Positions 24,622 to 36,174 of a stretch of DNA of 39,095 nt are shown in pieces. The stretch is taken from positions 1-39,095 of the forward strand of contig LXFE01000695.1 in NCBI GenBank assembly GCA_001929475.1, written 5' to 3'. Each line of letters starts with the position of its first letter. Position 1 is the stretch's first letter. The notes under the pieces are model-generated. The model ran no database searches. It had not been told where the DNA came from and saw nothing but the letters and a program-made list of their open reading frames with translations. The stretch comes from Neolecta irregularis DAH-3 (taxonomy: Eukaryota). The translations under genes were made by a program, and so were the position numbers.

Positions 24622-24975
24622 ATGGCTTCGGAACAGAAAAAAACCGAAATTATGGAGCAGGTTACTCGTTCGATGCAGGTTTGTTACTGGGAAACACATA
24701 GAGATAATATTACAGGTTGCAAATGTTTCTGAGCTCGTTTTAGTATAGAGCTTTCTTTGCCTAACCTTGTTGATAAAAAGAAATCGACCGAGTTATGCTA
24801 TTCAAAGTGTATTCAACATCCTGGGCCATCTCTGGACAGCTCACAAAAAGTACACTAGTCACACTGATTCTGTCAACTAATATTTCAGAAATGCTCCACT
24901 CAATGTCTAGATAGGTATCTGGAAGCCTGGCAGGTGGTTGCCGAGACTCTGAGCAGAATCCAACGACAAAGTTGA
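24622..24975 (+). CDS. TIM13: Small mitochondrial intermembrane-space chaperone, twin CX3C (Tim13), 79 aa; absent from the ORF track
   Basis: Exons 24622-24678, 24716-24742, 24781-24849 and 24889-24975 splice to MASEQKKTEIMEQVTRSMQVANVSELVLKSTELCYSKCIQHPGPSLDSSQKKCSTQCLDRYLEAWQVVAETLSRIQRQS*. Confidence 0.9.
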
Positions 24976-24983
24976 CATGATTG

Positions 24984-26083
24984 TTAGAGTTTTGGCCCTG
25001 GAAGCTGTTTAATCCCTCTGTTTGAGTTTGCGAATTGCCTGACAAGGACTGTACATGATGTCTCCTTACACAGGTCCTTGCGCTTTGAAACGGGAAGCTT
25101 GTTTAGAAATTCCAGCCCTGCTGCCCTGAAATTGTTAGTCATGATGATCCTACTTTGATATACCTTTCAATAGCCTCCAAAGGCATCTGGAAATCCGTCA
25201 GAGGTGTACTATCGGGAATTGAAACTGTTGAATTGGGCATGACAAAAGCTGCCACAGCAACTTGCTCGGTTTCCCCATTATCAGCCACAATAATTTTGTA
25301 AAAATGAGTTGGGACGGCTACATTCGGTGGTGTTCCAATGACTTCGTAGGAAACCCTCCATTTTCCGTCTTGATCCTGCTTGGGGAGATACAGAGGACCG
25401 GTGATAATCCGCACAGTTTGGTATTGTGCCGTTAGACGACGGCAAAAATCTTCAAAATGTGCCCAATCTAAAGTCAGAGCATGAAGGAAGAAAGTGAAAT
25501 ACAGTTACGGTTTAACTGGGGAGTTTGAGGACAAATGTTGGATAATATAAAAGTCTCGTTCATGGCTTCTTGAGAGATTTTGGCATCTGCAGCAGGAGCC
25601 TAGGTGATCAGGGCAGCTAGGCCTAAGAGTTGTACCTGGTGGCCTCGATCGTAACCGCTACGACTATAATCCGACAGCTTGGTCCGAAATTTTAACGGGA
25701 TTTCTGCATCCTCATAAAATTCACTATTCTTGCGATCTCCGTTTTTGCGCTCTAGCGATTTTGCCGTCAATACTTCGGCAACCTATCATACATCACTTTG
25801 AGATCCAAGGAAAAAGGAGCAATACCCAAGCAGGATTTCTCATTCGACGGTCATACAATGAGATAAAAGCCTTCCTATTGCCGATATCAGCAGATATAAG
25901 TGGCGTTCCGTATTTAAGGATCTCATTTGGATCGACAACTGCAGTTGCGGTGGGGGAAATTACGAGCGCTGTTCTCTTTGAGACGGATGAAGACGAGGAG
26001 TCCTTTTCCCAGGCAACAGATGCGCCAACAATAGCACCACCGACAGCAGTGCCGAGAGCGAATGCGATAATGCGAGCAGGCAT
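24984..26083 (-). CDS. NUC1: Mitochondrial DNA/RNA non-specific endonuclease (EndoG family)
   Basis: YDRRMRNPAW|VAE, SGYDRGHQ|APAADA, ETFILSNICPQ, ITGPLYLP..VSYEVIGTPPNVAVPTHFYK, IER|AAGLEF. Four introns; stop at 24984-24986. Confidence 0.92.
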
Positions 26084-26341
26084 CGATTTTTCGATTTGGA
26101 GTCTACCAGAGAGACTGGTTGTTTTGCCGAGTCAGATACAGTCATATATGCATACATGCGATATTATCCAAATGCAGCCTTGTATAGTTCTGCCTACTGG
26201 TCTATGTTTCTTTGTTCTTCTCGTTACATGACTGGGGTAATATTTGGTTGTGTACCGTCACAGTCATCGCTGAAACCGTCAACTCCACCTTGAGCAACGC
26301 TTTTGCATGCTATTAATATCACAACTACTGTTGTAAGAGTG

Positions 26342-27771
26342 ATGGACCAAGCAGAAGCCCACGGCTGGGTGTTGGCTGCTGTGACTGCCGCATTGTGCGT
26401 CTCTTTGGAATTCCACCCGACCTCTAACCTCGCAGATGCTTTCTGGGTGGGCTGCTGATCTATGTCGATCTTCCTATCCGCCGGTTTACGCCATGGAAGA
26501 CTTTTGATATCAAGACCGACAAAAGGATCCTGGTAGGAGGTCTCAGTCTTGGTTCTGGTGTTCTCGTACGATTATCACGACCTAGCACGGTTGACAATGG
26601 TAGTTATTTACCGCGTTATGGGAGATGTTTCCGGTGTCAAAAGGTTATATTGAAAAATCTAGCAAAAATAGAGATATTCCCTATCCCGTTTCTGTCATGT
26701 TCATCCTTGTTGGCACGTTTATGCTTGGTGTCATTGGTTGTACGGCTCTGAACATGCTTATTCACCAATTTACACCAGGTACCCATACTTGACATTTCAC
26801 ATTCTGATCCTTTCAGAGTCAATAGTCCACTGTGGAGGTCATGGAAGAGAGCAGAAAGATTTTTTCAACGATCCCGAGTTGGGAATTGTCGCGCGAACTC
26901 ATGGACAAACGCCAGGCGAATGTAACAGCGACGAGGATTCTCCCCTCCTTCGTCCCATCAGTGCTGTTTCATCCCGTGATGTACCTTTCTTTCCTCAATT
27001 ATGTTAACTGGGTACAGACATGTAACTCGATAAGTTCCTGTGCTGGATATACCAACCCGTGTGTTAAGCTCTGCGAGGGTCACGAAATTCATAAGACATT
27101 TCGCAGACAAAAGTCCTGCCAATTCGTTATGAATGAACCATTTTTCAAAACACCGCGACAGAGTTCTGATAGTCTGGAAAGACATACTCATCGTCTTTCA
27201 GGAACTTCCCTTCATGCGGAACGAACAAGGCCCTTGATTCATCATCACCATAAAACTGACGAGAGTCTCAATATGTGGTCTATAGGTGTCCAGACTGCTG
27301 CTGCCATTGGGATGCACAAGTTTCCTGGTATCTCCTTTACGTATGGACCTGCTAACCAAGGCAGAAGGATTCATCATGTTCATGACAAGTCAAGCAAACA
27401 TGGAACTTGGAATTTTGCTGTGTTTAGCGCTCGGGATTCATAACATTGTTGAAGGGTTAACAATTGCACTTCCATTATACGTAGGAACTGAATCTCGTTG
27501 GAAAGCATTGCTGGCTGTCTTTGTTCTTGGCGCTGGCGCTCAGCCATTTGGCTCGTTGGTCGCAATGATGTGGTTGCGCTCGGGTTCTGGTATCAACGAC
27601 ATGGTTTACGGTCTGATCTTCGCTTTTACTGCCGGCTTTATGACCTTTATCGCTATTTCTTCTATGTTATTTCAAGCTATTCGAATGGATACTGGAACAG
27701 GACGACTTGTCACCACTTGCTTCTTCGCCGGCGTAGCACTAATCGGGATTAGTTTGGCATTATTGGATTAA
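26342..27771 (+). CDS. ZIP-family zinc/iron transporter (Zrt3/Zip2-like)
   Basis: GLSLGSGVL|LFTAL, His-rich loop (IHHHHK), IGVQTAAAIGMHKFP|EGFI, LGIHNIVEGLTIALPL, AFTAGFM. Five introns. Confidence 0.88.
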
Positions 27772-28000
27772 GGGGATTTTCAGTGACTCCCAGCTGTCAT
27801 GTAGCTTAAGATTGAATTAGTCGGTGTTGATCTTGGGCCAAAATGTCACACCAGGTTTGATTTTATGAGTATACATTGCAAGATCTAGATTAACAGAAGA
27901 TAACGAGCACAGAAAAGACAAAACGAAAGGTCATAGGATCTATTTTACTTAGAAAGATCAATAGGCTTTCGAATAACTACATTTTTTCCTTATGCAGCCT

Positions 28001-28551
28001 TTAAAAAGGCTTTCCCTGCATACATTCTCGGCAAGTATGTCGGCTTGCAAAGTTGGTGAAACCACATACACATTTCCAGTCTCCCTCTCGAGTCTCAATG
28101 CCGTCATTTGAATCATTGGAGAACATATTTCTAGTCCCTCGAGCTATACAGTTAATAACAGAAGAAGTTAAGAATTCTTACATTGGACATTGGTTTGGGT
28201 AATTTGTCGTCCATTGCTGCTAGGATTTCCACAACTAAAGCATACGTGGTTTCGCGCGTAATTGTATTTTGTGCAATCACAAACCCAATCTCCCTCTTGT
28301 CCGGCCCTCTCAGTATCCTTGGTTAATAGCTCAGAACACTCGAAGCAGGAGGCTCGAGATGCAAAATTATGAGCGCTACATTTTGGACAAGTCCAGTCTC
28401 CGATTCTCATGGTACCAAATCCTTGAACTTTTTTGGTGGCACAAATATGCTTTTGTAACTGAGTTGCTGCAGGCCGAAGGTTGAGAATTGTCTTCGTAGA
28501 AACAGCTCTAGACAGGATACGACGTACTGGAGCAAGGAGGGTTCTGAACAT
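28001..28551 (-). CDS. Protein with three RanBP2-type zinc fingers and a putative mitochondrial presequence
   Basis: GDWTCPKCSAHNFASRASCFEC, GDWVCDCTKYNYARNHVCFSC and, after one intron, GDWKCVCGFTNFASRHTCREC; stop at 28001-28003. Confidence 0.85.
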
Positions 28552-28744
28552 GATGAATGATGTTGGTGCAAACTAAAAGGTGTTGCGAAGAATTAGAAAA
28601 TTTTTCCGCAAACTGCAGAGATTTGATCGAAAGAATTTATTTTTTCATTTTAGAACCAAATAAACCTCCTTAAATTCTTTGAATATTACATGAATGAACT
28701 TTTGTGTTTTTTCTTTCTTCCGATCCAAAACCTGTCCCTGACCT

Positions 28745-30480
28745 CTATCGGTTGCGATATTTTACGTCCCAAGTATACGAATAGAACAAAGCTCCAATAG
28801 GCTGTTGATTAGCAGCCTCTCTAAGTACAAGATACATGTCCCAGAAGACAAAAGGTAATCCAGAAGATACAATTACCAATGATGGTTGCTTGTTCTCCTC
28901 GCATCTTTGATATTTGTTGAGTGAGCATGATCAATGGGATTTGTAAAAGCATTGCGACAAATGCGACACCCATGAGAGAATGGGTGGGAATCCCAATTAG
29001 GATTTCGTGTAGAAATGCGCTGAAAACAAAGACCATTATGCCGGCTTGTTTGGGTGTATATCCCCGTTGCACCAAGGGCATGTAAACGTGCCGTCTAAAG
29101 AACATATAAACAGGGCGATTCCAGAGGCGCCAATCTGAATATCAGTATAACCGACAAAAATCTGCGAGCACACAGCTTTCCCTGCGGTGTTAACTGAATA
29201 TAGCAGGGAAGAGTAATACATGTCGCCAGCATTCCACCAGTCGAGATAGAATGTTCTATCCGCGAATCTCATAGCCTAGCGACCATCAATCAAGGATACC
29301 AAGAAAATCAAGCTTACCTCAGCACAAGCATTCAACCCACTTTGGAAGAAACAAAAGAATCCTGCACACCAGCAGATAACACTGATCGTGCTCAATTTTA
29401 ACAAACGCTCGAGTATCCGTCTGATGTCGAGATTCTCCATAGCCTCAACTGAGTTCCTACAAAGAGGAACAGCATATTGTGCAACAATAAACCATAGAGC
29501 GAAAAGCAAAACCAAGAATTCTGTGGCTCGTTTGATAAAGAAACTTTTTCGAAACCTGGCCGTTCGCGGGTAGCAAGGTTGATATATCAACGTGGGTGCT
29601 AACCAGAAGTACAACAATTGGTGGATAGATAGGTCCGGATACATAGGGCCATCCATATATGCTGCGGGAATTGGTTCTGATTTCAAGTATGCATCTCGAA
29701 GGTCACGGTTGGTAAGGGCGTAAGAAGCAAGCTTTAAGCAAACGATAACTGAATTCCATGAACTAAATCCATAAAGGGAGCGTACCTGCATGCGTTTCAG
29801 TGATAAAGCCCAGGACGGGATGATAAATCCGCGTGTATACAGCCCAACTACTAATACCTAGACAAAGAGCCACATTCGCAGAATGAGCCAAAGCAATTAT
29901 ATCCCACCACTGTCGCCTCTTCGTTACCGAACCATCTTTCTTAGCGCTGAGAGATTCTTTCGCAGCAGAAACTTCGATGACGAAAGATACGAGGAGATGT
30001 AATGGAATTGCAAATGCAAGAATGCTCGCAACAAGAAAGTCCGACGTTCCAAAAAGGTTTGTGGGGATGGTGAGAAGAAGGCCGTACTGTTGTACATGTC
30101 AGCATTTGTATCAGACAGAGCCGGGATGTATACTTTGGCATGATTCTCGATAATCAAACGCAGATTGTTAGCAACCAGGACTAAAACTAGCTGGATAAGC
30201 AGATTAAGATAAGTAGGAATAGAGACTTGCGAGGTTTCGGAAGCCTGAAGGGGTCAATTAGGTTCAATACTTTCACGCTTGTACCTCTCAGAGAGAGACT
30301 CTCTGCGGAGTCTGAACTGAAGAGCGAGGCGGTTGAGTGTGTATGGATAGCAGCAATATGTGTGAATGGGAAGTTCTTGCCAGCATCATGTTTAATCTGG
30401 ATTTTCCTTTCTTCCTTTTCGCGTTCTACTGAATCTTGTGAGGAGACGACATTAGCTACGGCTGATATGTCCTCTTTCAT
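28745..30480 (-). CDS. MBOAT acyltransferase, DGAT1/sterol O-acyltransferase family
   Basis: GFRNL..NNLRLIIEN, LKLASYALTN, YFWLAPTLIYQPCYPRT, ERLLKLS, MRFADRTFYLDWWN, YWRLWNRP, SAFLHE (catalytic His), GNCIFW. About 8 introns. Confidence 0.9.
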
Positions 30481-30561
30481 GTTGATGTGATCAGATGAGG
30501 GACAATTGTGGCGCGAATTCGATTGGAGGGAAGTGTAATTTTAACTTCCTACATCTATGCC

Positions 30562-32396
30562 ATGGCTCCTACTAACTTTCCTCGATATCAGCAGCAGAAT
30601 GGGGAAGAAAGGAAGAAGCCCACGGCAAGAAAGACAGTTGACTATGGATCCTCGATAGCCAAGTGGATGTATGAAAAATACTTGCACAGAAACCAATTCG
30701 ACAAGGGCTCCCTCATTCGGACTGAACCAAACCATATTTCCAATGTACTGTTCGGTCAATTTCTAGAGTCGTTCTGAGATAACTAGTTGTTACCGCCTGC
30801 TGCATATCTTGATAATCCTGCGACATCGCTTATGACGAAATTTGTACACACTTCCATGAATAAAATAAAACACCCGGTAAACGTAGTCAAGGTATTCTCT
30901 CGTTATGCAGGGTAATGGCTGAATTCAATAGTGGACTCCAGAAGGGAGGAGACTGATAACAGCTTCAAGTAGTGGAGAATTCACCCTATGGAATGGAATG
31001 TCTTTCAACTTTGATACAATTCTTCAGGTCTAATCTTTTGAATCTACGGAAATTAAATTTGAAGGCCCATGAAAGTGCAATACGAGCTTGTGAATGGTCC
31101 CATAATGGGGAATGGCTACTTTCAGGAGATCATTCTGGGATTATTAAATACTGGCAACCAAACATGAATAACGTCAAAGCGTTTAATGCCCACGATATGG
31201 AAGTTCGAGCACTCGCGTTTGTATCTAATAAACTCTTGATCTCACTTTGTAGATTTTGTCCTTCTGATTCAAAATTTGTGACTGCATCTGATGACAAAAC
31301 TTTAAAAATCTGGAACTTCGATGAAGGGATTGAAGAAAGGACTTTGATAGGTCATGGATGGGACGCAAAAGCGGTTGATTGGCATCCCTCCAAAGGGCTT
31401 TTAGTGTCCGGGTCAAAGGATAATCTAGTGAAGTTTTGGGACCCTCGTTCGGCAAAATGTATCTCGACACTCCATGGCCACAAAAACACTGTAACAGCAA
31501 CAAAATTCCAACCAACCCAAGGGAATTTACTAGCCACATGTGCTAGGGATGCGACGGCTCGAATCTTTGATATCCGAGCAATGAAAGACCTCCGCGTACT
31601 CCGAGGTCATGAAAAAGACGTTTGGTCGTTAGCGTGGCACCCTATCCATACTTCACTTATTTCGACTGGGGGCGGAGAAGGAAGAATATGTCATTATTTA
31701 TTAGACGAATTATCTCAAGATAATCCAACATCATCACAAGCTAGTCCAACAATCAAAATACCTTTTGCCCACGAGCAGACCGTTAGTTCACTTCAGTATC
31801 ACCCATTAGGCCATATTCTATGTTCTGGGTCAACAGATCGAGCAACTAGGTTCTGGACTCGCGCGAGGCCAGGAGATCCAATGGCTTTGACTGATCGTTT
31901 CCATATTGGAGAAGCTGCGGCCAAAGAAAAACATGGCGACGCATACTCCAGGCGAAACAGAAATCTGGAGACAAATGAGGAAGATGATGAAGCAAATGCT
32001 CTTATAGACCAGCAGATGCCTCCTGGACATCATTTGAACATACCACCGCCTCCTACAACATTTGTACCAGGGTTGACGAATTTATTCCCTGCGAATATGC
32101 CATTCCCATTTCCTCCACAGCAAATGGGTGGACTGCCTACTCCACTTCCTCCCGGTCTTGGATTTCCTCATGGAATGGCTCCATTTCTACTCCCAGGCTT
32201 TGGAAACGTTCCACCTCCTGAAATTCCAGGAATGGGACAAGTCACAACTTCGTCGACAAGACGAAGAGTTCCCCTACCCTCACAGCAAGAGCTCAAGAGT
32301 GAATTTATCAAGGAGGATAGCCAGCAACCGCGAAGGGGTGCAAGAAAAGGAGAGAAGAAAGGAAATAAACGAGAGCATCCCTATAGGAGGAGATAG
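30562..32396 (+). CDS. PFS2: Polyadenylation factor subunit 2 (WDR33 ortholog), WD40 repeats with a Pro-rich tail
   Basis: [95 protein letters not shown]. Four introns. Confidence 0.93.
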
Positions 32397-32454
32397 GAAG
32401 TGAAACCAGCATGTACAATATTATTATGACTATTTCTAACCAATACTTTGCGCT

Positions 32455-34220
32455 TTATAACTCTGTGATATACAAGTAAAAAAACGCGAAGAAACTCGAG
32501 ATGACACCTAGTGCGCAGTACACGCTAGTAAACATCAATGGCAGAAATTCATAGCGGTTGACAAAACAGAGTGGATGGAGAACATTAACGTAAACTTCTA
32601 AAGGAAGGAATCCGATAAAGTAAAGCACCTCAAATCGATCGAGGAAGAACATTCGGGAATGTGAAGCTCTTGGGACAGCTTGCTCAAAGGCGGCCATGAA
32701 AACAATCATCCATAGAGCGGTGTATGCGAACTTGATTGGTGCTTCTGGCAAAGTCAGTTGTGGAAGCTAGCAACAACTGACCAGCCGGTGTGAAAAGCAG
32801 GGGAAATAATGAGAAGTATCCGGCCACTGCGAGAGGTCTAAAGGCGCTCAGATAGCGCCTGTCTTTCAAGGCCAGTAAGCTACAAGCTGAGCGAACGTGG
32901 AATATTAATTTTTCATACCTGAATGGGATGATTGCATTCAATATAGCTTTCTCGTGGACATGGTATCCAGTTAAGAATGCAGCAAACGCGCACAAGGTAA
33001 CGGCCCCAAGACAAACATCGATGTTTTTCGGTCGTAGGAAAAGCTTGATCAATACCAGAAATTGTATTGCAGCTGTGATGATGAATGTCGCTCTGGGCTC
33101 GACATCAGGAAGGACTGCAAAAGACGAGGTTCCGACAATACCACGGGTACTAGATTCCAAACCTTTGCTTTTTAGCGTAAGCTTTAGCGTAGGTGCAGCT
33201 TTATATAAGTATTTCAAGAAACGTAAACTTTACCAAGGATTAACAAGCGATCCAGAAAGCTGTACAAAGCCCAAACATTTGGCGCCCAGTATGCATGACA
33301 TAATCCTCTTGCGAAAGGAAATAATCTTGATAGCAATTGCATAGATTGACCAAGATAAATAAATGGACCCAGTGCGACTGAGAATATTGAAATCACAACA
33401 GATCCTAATTTGATAGTGTTGGACAATTGTATCCCACGGAAATTTTCTTTCAAACAGTAATTTCGTAGTAGGAAGACGAAATATGCTGGAGCAATATAAA
33501 GAAATATATGTTTGAAACAGAGTAGAACTGAGAATTCAACAGCGGATTGTAAGTATGTGGATGGATGACCAAGATGTGTCAATGAAAGAATAAATATGCC
33601 AAATAAGAATCCGTTGTATTGAAAATGAATATGGTCGATTATCAAAAGACCGGGCGACAGAAAGATTGAAAGGGCAATTAAAGTCGCCCTTCCTTTCCGT
33701 GCTGCACTCGTCGTCTCGATGAATCTGAATGAATAAGCTGAATTTGAGACCCGGGAAAAATACTTGCTCAGAGCATAATACAATAATATTTCTGTAAAGA
33801 TCACTGATGACCTCTGGAAATATATTGTTGCCTTGCTAGCATATTCGAGATTCTGAACTTGCAACATTTTCGAATCGAAGAATTGGGCGATTTGTGATAA
33901 TCCATATTCAAACCACGCAAACAGCGGCGGGTAATCAAGAGTCCACTTGGAAGTAGCCTAGACAAATTAAGCTGCTGAATGGACTAGGACAGTATAGCGA
34001 CATTGATGTACCACTGGTATATTGGAAGCGAATAGGTAACCGCTAACCAGTTTCTATGAACCTCAAAATCAGTCGATCTGCTATGGTCATAAGTCAATTG
34101 ACTTGAGAAGAAAACGTACTATGCTGGAAAGAGCAGCAATTTGAGGAAACCACTTGCAATTGCACCTTGCTTCAAAGATGGACCTACTATATGGGAAGAG
34201 AGAACTTGCTTATTAGACAT
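32455..34220 (-). CDS. ALG8: Dolichyl-P-Glc alpha-1,3-glucosyltransferase
   Basis: [100 protein letters not shown]. Six introns. Confidence 0.92.
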
Positions 34221-34617
34221 CTGAATTCAGGGTCGTAAAAGTTTAAATAACGTGCATCCAGGAGTGAGAGGAAGGAGTTTAGGATCAACGCCTAGCCCAA
34301 ACCAGCAGGAGCTGCGTGTCATTTGCAATACAGTAAAAATTAGGCATAAAGTCGCATTGTGTAGAGGATCAAAGTGTATTCAATTTATCAACTTTTTGAT
34401 ATCGGTTAATATCCATGATTCAAATAAAATGCAAGAGTGTAGTATCCGAGTTATTGAGATATATTTTCTTCTGCCTAAACTTGAAAGTAAGAATAGTGAA
34501 GCGTTGCATGTAAAAATTCACCATAGAATCACCTTGAAAAAGCTAACTTGGAACGTACATAAACATTTAAACCAAAACAAGAAACCTCTGACCTTTGAAA
34601 CATACATTTGAGCATTA

Positions 34618-35993
34618 TTAATGGTGTGTAATGATTGAGAGGTCATCATACTGCTTTGTTTGCAACCTGTATTTAAACGTAGTTATATCAGCCTTGTCAT
34701 AAATCTTGGAGAGCACAGCAGTTACCAGGTCTCGATAGAATATAAGCCCACCCGCATTTGGGGGATCGATGTGTAAATATTTTTCAGGTTCAAGAAGTGA
34801 GTGTAGAACGTAGTTCAATATCATTATCGTTCGATCTTGTCCATCATTGTCCCGGCCGGGATAGTAATCGAAGAGTATATATTTAACATTGCCATACTGG
34901 GAGGTAGTCTTCATTGCTTTTTGAAACAGTGCCACGATGTCGTTGTCTTCGTGGCCGTCGTATTCGTCATCAGAGTAAACAGGATCAGAAATGCTTTCAG
35001 AGACAACGCTGTGATCGTCACCGTCTACATCGTCAGAGGAAACGTCGTCCTCTACGATGTCGTCTTCGTCGTCCGAGTTACCCTCAACGTAGTAGCGATC
35101 CTCTAATTTTCGCCGGCTATTTGATACATAAACCATCAAAGGCTCTGCTGGTTTGTTAGGAGCGTCTCGTACTATCGCATAATCACGAAGCCCGAAATAA
35201 ACGACAAGTATGTCGATATCCGGTCCACGGATGGAAATCTGGGTTTCGCTTGGATCGTAACTAATCTTTATGTCTGTGCGGATATGCGGGCAGAATATAT
35301 CCAGAAAAGTAAACACAACGTTTGCAAAGGATTCTGAATGTGATTTGACGCCCTCCAAGCTCTTGTGGCCAGAAAATGCCACAAGGTCAGAAATTGCTTT
35401 TTGATTAATTTCTGTTGATGGTTTGCTATTCATGGCAGGTGGGCAAGCCTTTATGACATTCTCGAAGAAGGCCTTTGATATTCCATCCTCCTCAAAGTTA
35501 AGACCATACCCCTTTGCAAGATCGCTGATCCACTGGGATTCTGGATGATGATCATGAGAAAATCTCTCCCCAACGGGTTCGACTTGTTCTGATTCAGAAA
35601 CCCTAAATTATCAAAATCACCTTCAGTCACAAACACTTACTGATATATCTTTAGCGGGCCACAGTCAGAGGCATAATTAAGGGATAATTGTGATATCGGC
35701 TTCCCATATATTAGGCACATAAATGTCCCCGGCAGGGCGATAAATCTCTGATATGACGGGAACTGGTCCCAGTCGCCCACCTTAGTAACCATTAACACTT
35801 TGCAGAAATATTTGGCCTCAAGGCATTTCCTTTTACAGAAATCTATTGCATCATTTTCGTCCAACAAAGAGTTCGTGTTATAGGTTTCACGCGGACCAGT
35901 GTAGTCGACGACATCGTGGGGAACATCATCTGTGATGTCTGTGAAATGCCCCGTTGCCAAAGATACAAAAAGAAAGAAGAGATTTGGTAACAT
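34618..35993 (-). CDS. Orphan secreted protein (about 445 aa): signal peptide, Cys-containing PAN/apple-like N-terminal module and a C-terminal region with an Asp/Glu-rich tract
   Basis: Intron 35603-35640 (gtaagt...tttag, 38 nt) joins ORF 35637-35993 in frame, through QVSESEQVEP...KACPPA, to ORF 34618-35433. The N-terminus MLPNLFFLFVSLATG is hydrophobic. Confidence 0.7.
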
Positions 35994-36174
35994 GTCAGTG
36001 GTTGTATCTGTGGGTTGGGTATAATTTGTGTGGATATAAGCTGAGCAGGCACTGTACCAATAGGACTTGGTTATTTTGGCACTTTTACGCAGTATTCCAG
36101 ACCAGCTTAATACCCATTGCAGACGCTCTTAGCTGTTTGTCTTTTCCTGTCTCAAATCTGTCTCACGGTGGATG

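Noticed and set aside
35451-35640. Stop-codon readthrough or pseudogene suggested by back-to-back same-frame ORFs (35637-35993 and 35451-35636)
   Set aside because: The TAA lies in a canonical gtaagt donor, and splicing 35603-35640 gives one intact frame.
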